Source of the DNA: Bacilli bacterium
Lineage (GTDB): Bacteria > Bacillota_I > Bacilli_A > RF39 > UBA660
Assembly: GCA_017435465.1 (NCBI GenBank)
Contig: JAFSEX010000005.1
Location: forward strand, 134,793-198,792
Reading direction: 5' to 3'
Length of the DNA: 64,000 nucleotides
Below, piece after piece: positions 36,653 through 46,107 of the stretch; position 1 is the stretch's first letter; each line of letters starts with the position of its first letter. The notes under the pieces were generated by a model, which was given only the letters and a program-made list of their open reading frames with translations, did not search any database and was not told the DNA's origin. The translations under genes and the position numbers were made by a program.

Positions 36653-39289
36653 ATGACAAAATTTGTATACTCTTTTAGAGAGGGTAATGCAGACATGAGA
36701 AACCTTCTTGGTGGAAAAGGTGCTAACTTAGCAGAAATGACTAATTTAGGATTACCAATTCCTCAAGGTTTTACAGTAACAACTGAAGCATGTACTGATT
36801 ACTATAATAATGATAAGAAAATCAGTGAAACAATTGAAACACAAATTTTCGAAGCTATGAAAGAACTTGAAAAAATTCAAGGAAAAACATTTGGAGATAC
36901 TAAAGATCCATTATTAGTATCAGTAAGAAGTGGTGCTAGAGCATCAATGCCTGGTATGATGGATACTATTCTTAACTTAGGATTAAATGATGAAGCAGTT
37001 GAAGGATTTGCTACAAAAACTGGAAATCCAAGATTTGCATATGATTCATATAGAAGATTTATTCAAATGTATTCTGACGTAGTTATGGAAGTTAACAAAA
37101 GTTTCTTTGAAAAAATTATCGATGAATTAAAAGAAGAAAAAGGAATTAAATATGATACAGAAATGACTGTTGAAGATTTAAAAGAATTAGTTAATAAATT
37201 CAAAGATGTTTATTCTGAACACATGAATGGTGCTGAATTCCCACAAGATCCAAAAGAACAATTAATGGGAGCTGTTAAAGCTGTATTTAGATCATGGGAT
37301 AATCCACGTGCAATCGTTTACAGAAGAATGAATGATATTCCAGGAGACTGGGGAACTGCTGTAAACGTTCAAGCAATGGTATTTGGTAATATGGGTGAAA
37401 CTTCAGGAACTGGGGTTGCATTTACAAGAAATCCATCTACTGGTGAAAAAGGTATTTATGGTGAATACTTAATTAATGCTCAAGGTGAAGACGTTGTTGC
37501 TGGTGTTAGAACTCCACAACCAATTTCTAAACTAGAAGAAGATATGCCTGAATGTTATAAAGAATTCATGGAAATCGCAACTAAACTAGAAAATCACTAT
37601 AGAGACATGCAAGATATGGAATTTACTATTCAAGAAGGTAAATTATATTTCTTACAAACAAGAAATGGTAAAAGAACTGCTCCTGCAGCAATTCAAATCG
37701 CATGTGATTTAGTTGATGAAGGAATGATTACTAAAGAAGAAGCAATTTTAAGAATTGAAGCAAAAAGTTTAGATCAATTATTACATCCAACATTTGATGC
37801 AGCTGCATTAAAAGCAGGTGAAGTAATTGGTTCAGCACTTCCAGCATCACCTGGTGCAGCAGCAGGTTATGTAGTATTTACTGCTGAAGATGCAAAAAGA
37901 GAAGGTATCAATGGTAAAGGTGAAAGAGTTATTTTAGTTAGACTTGAAACTACACCAGAAGATATCGAAGGGATGATTGCTGCTCAAGGTATTTTAACTG
38001 TACGTGGTGGTATGACTTCACATGCTGCAGTAGTTGCTCGTGGTATGGGTACTTGCTGTGTATCAGGATGTGGAGAAATCAAAATTAATGAAGAAGAAAA
38101 ATACTTTGAACTTGGTGGATATACTTTCAGGGAAGGTGATTATATCTCATTAGATGGTACAACAGGAAAAATCTATAAAGGAGATATTAAAACTGTTGAA
38201 GCATCAGTATCTGGAAATTTTGGACGTATTATGGCATGGGCTGATGAGATGAGAACACTAAAAGTTAGAACAAATGCTGATAACCCAAGAGATACACGTC
38301 AAGCAGTAGAATTAGGTGCTGAAGGTATTGGACTTTGTAGAACAGAACACATGTTCTTTGACGAAGTTAGAATTCCAAAAATCAGAAAAATGATTTTATC
38401 TGAAACTGTTGAAGCTAGAGAAGCTGCATTAAATGAATTAATTCCATTCCAAAAAGCAGACTTCAAAGCTATGTATAAAGAATTAAAAGGTCTACCAATG
38501 ACTGTTCGTTATTTAGACCCACCTTTACATGAATTCTTACCAACTTTAGAAGAAGATATTATTGCTTTAGCTAATGAAATGGGAGTAAGCGTAGAACAAT
38601 TAAAAAATAAATGTGCAGATTTACATGAATTTAACCCAATGATGGGACATAGAGGATGTCGTTTAGCTGTAACATATCCAGAAATTGCTAAAATGCAAAC
38701 AAGAGCACTTATGGAAGCTGCTATTGAAGTTAAGGAAGAAGATGGATATGACATCACTCCTGAAATTATGATTCCACTTGTTGGAGAAAAGAAAGAGTTA
38801 AAATTTGTTAAAGATGTAGTTATTGAAACAGCTGAAAAAGTAAAAGCAGAAAAAGCATCAGACATTGAATACCATATTGGTACAATGATTGAAATCCCAA
38901 GAGCTGCATTACTTGCAGATGAAATAGCTTCCGAAGCTGAATTCTTCTCATTTGGAACAAATGACTTAACACAAATGACATTTGGATTCTCAAGAGATGA
39001 TGCTGGTAAATTCTTAGATGCTTACTATCAAAGTAAAATCTATGAATCAGATCCGTTTGCAAAATTAGATCAAAATGGTGTTGGACAATTAGTTAAAATG
39101 GCTGTTGAAAAAGGTAAACAAACTCGTCCAAACATTAAACTTGGAATTTGTGGTGAACATGGTGGAGAACCATCTTCAGTTGAATTTTGTCATAATGTAG
39201 GATTATCTTATGTATCATGTAGTCCATTTAGAGTTCCTATTGCAAGATTAGCTGCTGCACAAGCGGCCATAAAGTCGAGCCAAAAATAG
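36653..39289 (+). CDS. ppdK: pyruvate, phosphate dikinase
   Basis: MTKFVYSFREGNADMRNLLGGKGANLAEM.., GGMTSHAAVVARGMG catalytic His, CGEHGG. ATG 36653 follows aaaaggagg; the track start at 36593 is upstream read-through. The last ~9 codons appear to be supplied by the integrated element. Confidence 0.92.
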   Translation: MTKFVYSFREGNADMRNLLGGKGANLAEMTNLGLPIPQGFTVTTEACTDYYNNDKKISETIETQIFEAMKELEKIQGKTFGDTKDPLLVSVRSGARASMPGMMDTILNLGLNDEAVEGFATKTGNPRFAYDSYRRFIQMYSDVVMEVNKSFFEKIIDELKEEKGIKYDTEMTVEDLKELVNKFKDVYSEHMNGAEFPQDPKEQLMGAVKAVFRSWDNPRAIVYRRMNDIPGDWGTAVNVQAMVFGNMGETSGTGVAFTRNPSTGEKGIYGEYLINAQGEDVVAGVRTPQPISKLEEDMPECYKEFMEIATKLENHYRDMQDMEFTIQEGKLYFLQTRNGKRTAPAAIQIACDLVDEGMITKEEAILRIEAKSLDQLLHPTFDAAALKAGEVIGSALPASPGAAAGYVVFTAEDAKREGINGKGERVILVRLETTPEDIEGMIAAQGILTVRGGMTSHAAVVARGMGTCCVSGCGEIKINEEEKYFELGGYTFREGDYISLDGTTGKIYKGDIKTVEASVSGNFGRIMAWADEMRTLKVRTNADNPRDTRQAVELGAEGIGLCRTEHMFFDEVRIPKIRKMILSETVEAREAALNELIPFQKADFKAMYKELKGLPMTVRYLDPPLHEFLPTLEEDIIALANEMGVSVEQLKNKCADLHEFNPMMGHRGCRLAVTYPEIAKMQTRALMEAAIEVKEEDGYDITPEIMIPLVGEKKELKFVKDVVIETAEKVKAEKASDIEYHIGTMIEIPRAALLADEIASEAEFFSFGTNDLTQMTFGFSRDDAGKFLDAYYQSKIYESDPFAKLDQNGVGQLVKMAVEKGKQTRPNIKLGICGEHGGEPSSVEFCHNVGLSYVSCSPFRVPIARLAAAQAAIKSSQK
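39258..39264 (+). repeat. attL core (CACAAGC)
   Basis: The identical 7-mer recurs at 45976-45982 in the same reading-frame context (AQAAIK / SQAAIK). Confidence 0.5.
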
Positions 39290-39323
39290 AACGAGAAGTC
39301 GTTCCAATAAAAATAAATACTTA

Positions 39324-39345
39324 AAGAACCGAAAGGTTCTTTTTT
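39324..39345 (+). terminator. Element-borne terminator serving ppdK
   Basis: aagaacc-gaaa-ggttctt followed by tttt. Confidence 0.65.
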
Positions 39346-39510
39346 GTTGCAATAGAAGGAGAGTGATTAGTATTAAAATATGTTTTACTAAATGAAAGGA
39401 GGGGGGTTGAAAATTTATTATATTATTTATTTTAGACAAAAGTAGTCGCCATAAGGTTTGGACGACTTTTTTATTTGTAAGAAAATGTAAAACGAAAGGA
39501 GAGATAAAAT

Positions 39511-39969
39511 ATGTTTTACAAAAAAGAATTATTAGAGAATATGTCACAAGGGGCAAGATTAAAATTTATAAGGAAGAATAAAGGGATAGAACTTAATGAT
39601 ATAGCTGCATATTTGGGTTATAGCAGTAATAAACCAATTCGTGAATGGGAAAATAATACAAAGAGTCCAGATGCAAGAAATTTGTCTAGGTTAGCAGAAG
39701 CATATGGTGTATGTATTGATGCAATAAAAAAATATGATTTCATTGATCCAATAGATGAAATATATTATCAAATGTGGTATGAAGAACAATACCCATATTA
39801 TCAGTTTCAATTACCAGAAAGATTTGCAGGTTCAGCATATAACTTTAATGTTCAAAATGGAATAAATGAATGGTTAAAGATGAGAGAAAAAAGAGAAAAT
39901 TATGAAATAACAGATCAAGAATATCTTGAATGGAAATTAAACTATAAATTAGAAAGTTTAATAAAATAA
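39511..39969 (+). CDS. XRE-family HTH regulator
   Basis: GARLKFIRKNKGIELNDIAAYLGYS....IREWENN...P....LSRLAEAYGV is an HTH_3-type pattern. RBS aaaggagag. Confidence 0.6.
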   Translation: MFYKKELLENMSQGARLKFIRKNKGIELNDIAAYLGYSSNKPIREWENNTKSPDARNLSRLAEAYGVCIDAIKKYDFIDPIDEIYYQMWYEEQYPYYQFQLPERFAGSAYNFNVQNGINEWLKMREKRENYEITDQEYLEWKLNYKLESLIK

Positions 39970-40009
39970 ATTTAAAAATGTATGATATAATAATTAAACA
40001 GGTGATTAT

Positions 40010-41119
40010 ATGGGAAAGTACTTAGACAATTTAAATGATGAAGTAAGAGAATATTTTAGTATCTTATCACCAACATTTCCAGAATGGTTATTAGAATATA
40101 TAGATACCCCAGAAATGGAAAGAATTGGGAAAATAAGTATGAGTTGTGGAACAGATTACTCTAAATGCTTTAATCTAAGGTATTGGTATTCTAATTTAGA
40201 TCATAGTGTTGGAGTAGCATTAATAATATGGAATTTTACTCATGACAAAAAACAAACTTTAGCTGGATTATTTCATGATATAGCAACTCCAGTATTTAAA
40301 CATTGTATAGATTTTATGAATGGCGATTCAGAAACACAAGAATCTACTGAAGAAAGAACAACTGATATTATTAAAAATTCAAAAGAGATAATGAATTTAT
40401 TAAATAGAGACGGAATAAAATTGGAAGAAGTAGATGACTATCATATATATCCAATTGCTGATAATGATACTCCAAGATTGTCAGCTGATAGATTTGAATA
40501 TACTTTTGCTAGTGGATTAACATTTTTTAGAGTATGGGAATTAGAACAAATAAGAAAGATGTACAATAATATAATAATTGTAAAAAATGAAGATGGCATA
40601 GATGAACTAGCATTTAAGGATAAAGAAGTGTGTGAAGAATATATTTATACTATATCAAGACTTTGGCCTGAATGGGTAAGTGATAAAGATAGGACTGTTA
40701 TGCAATTTTTAGCAGATATGTGTAAATCTATGAGCAATGCTGGATATTTAACAATAGATGATTTATATGCATTATCAGAAGAAGAAATAATTAATAAATT
40801 TTTAAATTGTAATGATGCTTATCTATCTGATAGTTTTAGAAGATTTCAAAATGCTGATACAGTTTATCAAAGTGTTGAATATGTTGATGGAAGATATTGT
40901 GTAAATATTAGAGCAAAAACAAGATATGTTACTCCATTAGTTTTAACTGAAAATGGTCCAGTAAGAATTAATATTATATCTAAAAAAGCAAATGAAGAAA
41001 TAAATAAATATTTATGTTTACCAAAAGGTGGATACTATACATATTTTGATTTTGACTTTAAGCCATATGAAGGTCCAGTAAAAAAACTAGTAAAAACAAA
41101 TGTAACAAATAACCAATAA
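40010..41119 (+). CDS. HD-domain phosphohydrolase, divergent SAMHD1/YwfO (dNTPase-like) type
   Basis: ..TPEMERIGKISMSCGTDY......YSNLDHSVGVALI...(19 aa)..LAGLFHDIATPVFKH parallels F.RL..I.Q.G.......SR.EHSLGV...ALLHD.GHGPFSH. Confidence 0.6.
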   Translation: MGKYLDNLNDEVREYFSILSPTFPEWLLEYIDTPEMERIGKISMSCGTDYSKCFNLRYWYSNLDHSVGVALIIWNFTHDKKQTLAGLFHDIATPVFKHCIDFMNGDSETQESTEERTTDIIKNSKEIMNLLNRDGIKLEEVDDYHIYPIADNDTPRLSADRFEYTFASGLTFFRVWELEQIRKMYNNIIIVKNEDGIDELAFKDKEVCEEYIYTISRLWPEWVSDKDRTVMQFLADMCKSMSNAGYLTIDDLYALSEEEIINKFLNCNDAYLSDSFRRFQNADTVYQSVEYVDGRYCVNIRAKTRYVTPLVLTENGPVRINIISKKANEEINKYLCLPKGGYYTYFDFDFKPYEGPVKKLVKTNVTNNQ

Positions 41120-41261
41120 TTATTTAAAAAAATCTTTCGAATATGAGCATTCAAAGAAGTAGAAACACTTCCTTTTCTTATGCTAAATAAATATGAAAGA
41201 ATAACAAATAGATGCAAAACTGTTAACTATAATAGTAAAAATATGTTATAATAAAAATAGC

Positions 41262-41285
41262 GAATATCTTATGATATTCTTTTTT
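41262..41285 (+). terminator. Terminator-like hairpin just upstream of the KAP NTPase gene
   Basis: gaatatc-ttat-gatattc followed by tttttt. It is preceded by TATAAT boxes at 41228-41233 and 41247-41252. Confidence 0.45.
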
Positions 41286-41313
41286 CTTTTTATATAGGTA
41301 GGAGGTTTTAGTA

Positions 41314-44199
41314 ATGATTTGTAATAAGATAACCAACGACAAAAAAACTAGTGTTGATAAAAATAAAGGAGAATATGAAAATAAATATGAAAGTATGTCT
41401 CCAAAAGATGATATAGAAATAAATCAATATAGCGAGTTGATACATGCTCTAAGTAATGACAAACTTTTAAATATAGGTGTAACTGGACCATATAGTTCCG
41501 GAAAATCATCAGTCATTAAATCTATATTTAAGAAAAAAGAGTTATTAAAAAATACATTATTTGTTTCTTTTGCTGATTTTAAAGGTAAAAAAGTAAAAAG
41601 TAATATAGTTGGTACTAATTATGATGAAAATTCTGTTGATATAAGTGAATTAGAAAAAACAATAATTGATGAAATATGTAATTATTCAGTCATAAAGAAA
41701 TTTAAATCGAAAAAGTACTGGAAGAGATTTTTAATCCTTTTATTAATATTTATTTTGGGCAGTTTAGTGTTTATAAAAAGTATTTGTGAGTTTATATGCA
41801 ATAATACTTTAATATCAGTACCAATTTTTCTGCTATGCATTATAACTTTATTAATTATTTCATATTATATTAATAATTTTAGTTTCAAAATAACATATTC
41901 TAATTTTGAAGTTGATGTTAAAAATAAAGATGAAATATTTGATCATAATATTAATTATCTTATAGAAATATTAAAAACACTTAAAATCAAGTATATAGTT
42001 TTTGAGGATATCGATAGATATCAAGATGTTGAGATATTTGAAAAAATCCATAATATGAATACTTTGATCAATCTTAGTTTAGAATCAAAAGTAAAGTTTA
42101 TATATGTTGTATCTGATAACTTAATAGGAGATGGGTTAAATAGAGTTAAATTTTTTGATTATATTTATCCTATAATACCGTTTGTTTCTTATAGTACATC
42201 TGGTGATAAGGCACTTACTAGATTAAAAACACTTGGTCTTATTGGTAAAAATGGTTTAGATAGAAAATTCATATATAATACATTTTTGTATATAAATGAC
42301 TATAGAATTGTAACTGATATTATTAACGAATATATTGTTTATTTAAATGCGATAGATGAAAGTATAAAAAATTGTAATTATTTTAATTATAATTCTTTAT
42401 TTGCAATAATAAGTTATAAAGTATTATTCCCAGAAGATTTTTCAAAATTGGAAAAGGAATCAGATGATTGTATTTTATTAAGTGCTTTTGATTGCAAATC
42501 ATTTAAAGAAATAAAAGAAAAAGCAACAGAGATAATGAATGAAGAAGATAAAGAAGAAAAACTAAAAACATTATCTGAAGCATTAAAATTATTAGCCTAT
42601 TTTATTACTTCTGGCTATATATTAAGAGAAACGTATAAAATGTATATTAAGAGATATTATTTTGATGAAATGGATATAAATGATTTTAATTTTATTCAAC
42701 AAGCAAATATGAAAAATATTGAAGAAAAAGATATTGATTTTAAGTTAGCAATAACACATCCTGATATTGTTATTGAAAGATTAGATGAGACTTCATATAA
42801 CAATATATCTTCATTGAATTATAACTTGTTATCTGAATTATTAAGCAAGAATACATCAAATTATAAAGAATTACTAAAAAAATATATAGATACCATATTT
42901 AATTTAAAAAACAAATATAAGTTTCTTTATGGCTTTTATGAATTTTCCGGTAAAAAGTTTGATAAGTTATTAAAGCAAATTATTGATGAAGAAAAGGACA
43001 TCATTAATGACTTAATTGACTTGGATGAGTGTAGTTACAAGAACGATTTTATATATCTAATTTTAAATAAATATGGATTACCTGAGTTAAAAATAGCCGA
43101 CATTAATTATGAAAAATTAATAAAAATTATAAGAAATAGTAAAATTGGGATAAAAAATGAAGTAAGTGGTGTTTTTACCACAAATATTGCTGAACTATCT
43201 ACAAAGGGCTTGAAATATGATGATCTTAGAGGAATTAAATCTGATGAATTACTTGAGACCATAGTTGAAAATGATTCATATGAAATTAATAAAGATAATA
43301 TTAATTTAATTTTAAAAAGATACTATGAATATTCAAATAAGAATATAAAAAAACAGCCAATTAAATTAATACTTGATAAAAATAATTCATATATTCTTTC
43401 TGATAAAAATAGAATTGTAGGTATATATTGTGAAAATGTTTCGGATTTATACGTAGATGATCAAGATATTATTAAAACAATATTATCTGATTCTTCAATC
43501 TCAACTATAAGTAAGGAAAATTTTATTCATAGTGAGAAAACTAAAATAGAAGATATTAGTTATATAATTGATGTAGATGTGTTAAATAAAATTATCGAGG
43601 AAGATAGACTTGTATGCAGTTGGGATAATATTTATTATTACTATGCTAAGGCATCTTCAAAAGATATATTATCAAATTATTTATCTTCTAATGCTGGAAA
43701 CAATCTTTCCAATGAAGACATAAATGACAATATTAAACAAGATTTTTCTTTCTTGAAATATGTTATATCAATAGGTAATATTTCAAATGAATTATTTGAT
43801 AAAATATTAAATACATATCCTGATAAATATAATTTGTTAGAAATGTTTTCTACAAAAACTATTGCTATGGATGAATATAAATTAGACAAATTATTAAATA
43901 TACATGATTTTAATCATAAAGAAGAAATCCAACGATTTAAGATTAAAATTATAAATAATAATTTTGATCTCATCAATGAAACTAATGTATCTGATAAATT
44001 GAATAAAATAGGTCATGATTATTCTTGGATGTTAATAAATAACAAAAAGCCTGAAATATCTAACAATATAGAAACAAAGAATCTAATAGAAAATTTAAAT
44101 TCTAAATTAAAATATAATATTGACTATGAAGAAAGTAATGAAAGAATTTTTATCAAAGGTAGAAGAAATAAGAAACAAGTTTATAGTTTAAATAGGTAA
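41314..44199 (+). CDS. KAP/YobI-type P-loop NTPase with TM helices inserted in the NTPase domain
   Basis: Walker A GVTGPYSSGKSS (nt ~41476-41511). Two hydrophobic helices (RFLILLLIFILGSLVFI; VPIFLLCIITLLIISYYI) lie before Walker B KYIVFEDIDRY. Long C-terminal region. Strong RBS taggagg. Confidence 0.7.
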   Translation: MICNKITNDKKTSVDKNKGEYENKYESMSPKDDIEINQYSELIHALSNDKLLNIGVTGPYSSGKSSVIKSIFKKKELLKNTLFVSFADFKGKKVKSNIVGTNYDENSVDISELEKTIIDEICNYSVIKKFKSKKYWKRFLILLLIFILGSLVFIKSICEFICNNTLISVPIFLLCIITLLIISYYINNFSFKITYSNFEVDVKNKDEIFDHNINYLIEILKTLKIKYIVFEDIDRYQDVEIFEKIHNMNTLINLSLESKVKFIYVVSDNLIGDGLNRVKFFDYIYPIIPFVSYSTSGDKALTRLKTLGLIGKNGLDRKFIYNTFLYINDYRIVTDIINEYIVYLNAIDESIKNCNYFNYNSLFAIISYKVLFPEDFSKLEKESDDCILLSAFDCKSFKEIKEKATEIMNEEDKEEKLKTLSEALKLLAYFITSGYILRETYKMYIKRYYFDEMDINDFNFIQQANMKNIEEKDIDFKLAITHPDIVIERLDETSYNNISSLNYNLLSELLSKNTSNYKELLKKYIDTIFNLKNKYKFLYGFYEFSGKKFDKLLKQIIDEEKDIINDLIDLDECSYKNDFIYLILNKYGLPELKIADINYEKLIKIIRNSKIGIKNEVSGVFTTNIAELSTKGLKYDDLRGIKSDELLETIVENDSYEINKDNINLILKRYYEYSNKNIKKQPIKLILDKNNSYILSDKNRIVGIYCENVSDLYVDDQDIIKTILSDSSISTISKENFIHSEKTKIEDISYIIDVDVLNKIIEEDRLVCSWDNIYYYYAKASSKDILSNYLSSNAGNNLSNEDINDNIKQDFSFLKYVISIGNISNELFDKILNTYPDKYNLLEMFSTKTIAMDEYKLDKLLNIHDFNHKEEIQRFKIKIINNNFDLINETNVSDKLNKIGHDYSWMLINNKKPEISNNIETKNLIENLNSKLKYNIDYEESNERIFIKGRRNKKQVYSLNR

Positions 44200-44216
44200 A
44201 TGTCAAATGCGCGATG

Positions 44217-44240
44217 AAAGAAGTAAAAATACTTCTTTTT
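44217..44240 (+). terminator. Terminator after the KAP NTPase gene
   Basis: aaagaagta-aaaa-tacttcttt followed by tt. Confidence 0.6.
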
Positions 44241-44309
44241 ATTATGTGCAAAATCGCACCCTAAACTTATTTATATAAAAGTGATAATTTCTTTGTAGAG
44301 GTGAGAAAA

Positions 44310-45908
44310 ATGAAAAGAAAGGTAGCAATTTATGCTAGAGTTTCAACTGAACATGAAGCTCAATTATCTGCTTTAGATAATCAAGTTCAATACTATGATG
44401 AAATTTTAAAGAAGAATCCTGATTGGATTCTTTATGATAGATACATAGATGAAGGAATAACAGGAACATCTACAAAGAAAAGAAAAAACTTTATGAGAAT
44501 GATAGAGGATGCAAAAGCAGGAAGATTTGATTTAATAGTTACTCGTGAGGTATCAAGATTTGCAAGAAATACAGTTGATACATTACAAGAAACTAGAAAG
44601 TTAAAAAATATTGGAGTAGAAGTATATTTTATTGAAGATAATATATGGACATTTAATGATGAGGATGGGGAATTAAAACTTACTATTATGGCTACACTTG
44701 CTCAAAATGAAAGTAAGAAAACATCTCAAAGAGTTAAAGCAGGACAAATGATATCATTTCAAAATGGTGTGTTCTATGGAACAGGAAATATACTTGGTTA
44801 TAACAAAGTGGGAAAGGATTTGGTAGTCAATGAAGAACAAGCTGAGATAGTAAAATTCATTTATTCTGAATATTTAAGTGGTAAAGGGACAGTTAAAATA
44901 GCAGATGAATTAACAAAAATGGAAGCACAAACATCAATGGGATTAACTAATTGGAGTGCTTCTTATGTGTCTAGAGTATTAAGGAATCCATTCTATTGTG
45001 GAACTATAGTTTATCGAAAATCATACATACCAGATTACTTGGAACAAAAACCTAAAATGAATTATGGAGAAGTTGAACAAGTAATAGTTGAAGGAAAACA
45101 TGAACCACTAGTGTCAAAAGAAGATTTTAAAAAGGTTCAACAAATAATGGATAGTCATTCTAAACCAATTAAAGTAGGAAGAAGACAAGCTACAGGAGTA
45201 CCTAGAAATATATGGAGTAAAAAATTAGTATGTGAATGTGGTTCTAATTTTAATAGAAAGATTTATCACAAAAATAAAAAAGATACTACATATTGTTATG
45301 TATGTTATAACAAGAAAAACAGACCTAAGAGTAGATTTAAAGAAGCCTGCGGTATGAAAGAAGTTCAAGAATGGAAATTACAATATATGGCTGAATATAT
45401 TTTTAGAAATCTTACTCAAAATCCTGATAATAGAAAACAATTATTTGAACGATTAATGAAAGGAGTAGATATAGATGCACATCCTGAGATAAAGATAAGA
45501 CAAAGAATTGATAAATTAAATCAATTAATAGAAAAAGAAAATGAAAAGTTTGATAGACTTATAGATACATATTTAGATAAAACAATAGATATAAATTTAT
45601 ATGATATGTTTCAAAAAAAGTTATCAAGTAGAATAGAAAAATATAAAATAGAAATAATAGAATTAGAAAAGAAATGTGAATCAATTGAACCATTAGAAGT
45701 TAGAATTGAGAATGCAAAAAAGAGTATTAGAAGATTACTTGATATCAACTATAATGGTGTTGATGATAAAATAATAGAAGAATTTGTAGAAAAGATTATA
45801 GTTCATAAAGATTACTTTGAATGGAAATTAAACTTTATGAATGATACAATAAAATTAGAAATAAGCGGAAAAAGCAAAAAAGATGGATTTTTAATAGAAC
45901 GCGAATAA
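44310..45908 (+). CDS. large serine recombinase
   Basis: VAIYARVSTEHEAQLSALDNQ (catalytic Ser), resolvase domain, recombinase domain, Cys-rich zinc ribbon (CECG...C.VC) and coiled-coil tail. ATG 44310 follows agaggtga. Confidence 0.9.
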   Translation: MKRKVAIYARVSTEHEAQLSALDNQVQYYDEILKKNPDWILYDRYIDEGITGTSTKKRKNFMRMIEDAKAGRFDLIVTREVSRFARNTVDTLQETRKLKNIGVEVYFIEDNIWTFNDEDGELKLTIMATLAQNESKKTSQRVKAGQMISFQNGVFYGTGNILGYNKVGKDLVVNEEQAEIVKFIYSEYLSGKGTVKIADELTKMEAQTSMGLTNWSASYVSRVLRNPFYCGTIVYRKSYIPDYLEQKPKMNYGEVEQVIVEGKHEPLVSKEDFKKVQQIMDSHSKPIKVGRRQATGVPRNIWSKKLVCECGSNFNRKIYHKNKKDTTYCYVCYNKKNRPKSRFKEACGMKEVQEWKLQYMAEYIFRNLTQNPDNRKQLFERLMKGVDIDAHPEIKIRQRIDKLNQLIEKENEKFDRLIDTYLDKTIDINLYDMFQKKLSSRIEKYKIEIIELEKKCESIEPLEVRIENAKKSIRRLLDINYNGVDDKIIEEFVEKIIVHKDYFEWKLNFMNDTIKLEISGKSKKDGFLIERE

Positions 45909-45974
45909 TAATAAGTCATTTTAGTCTCAATGGAGCGTGTAGGGGCTCCAAATCGGTTTCCTTTGGTTTATGGT

Positions 45975-46004
45975 TCACAAGCTGCTATTAAAGCTGGAAA
46001 ATAA
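45975..46004 (+). pseudogene. Displaced native 3' end of ppdK
   Basis: tca caa gct gct att aaa gct gga aaa taa = SQAAIKAGK*, compared with the present ppdK end AQAAIKSSQK*. Confidence 0.55.
45976..45982 (+). repeat. attR core (CACAAGC)
   Basis: Same 7-mer as 39258-39264. The flanks differ to the left and are similar to the right. Confidence 0.5.
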
Positions 46005-46015
46005 TTAATAAATTA

Positions 46016-46045
46016 AGACTAAGATTTAAAAATCTTGGTCTTTTT
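46016..46045 (+). terminator. Probable native ppdK terminator
   Basis: agactaagat/atcttggtct 10-bp stem followed by ttttt. Confidence 0.6.
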
Positions 46046-46107
46046 ATATAAATTGACAAAACGATAACACACATTAAAAAAAATTACATAAACTAACTAT
46101 AGGTGAT

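Larger units (their letters stand above)
39265..45975 (+). mobile_element. ~6.7-kb integrated element (serine-recombinase island) in the ppdK 3' end
   Basis: Bounded by direct CACAAGC cores. The recombinase gene is at the right end. A duplicated ppdK-tail coding sequence and the native terminator lie just outside attR. Confidence 0.6.

Noticed and set aside
39248-39556. 102-aa minus-strand ORF spanning the ppdK end and attL
   Set aside because: It is antisense to the ppdK tail, two terminators and the XRE gene start. It has a low-complexity translation and no RBS.
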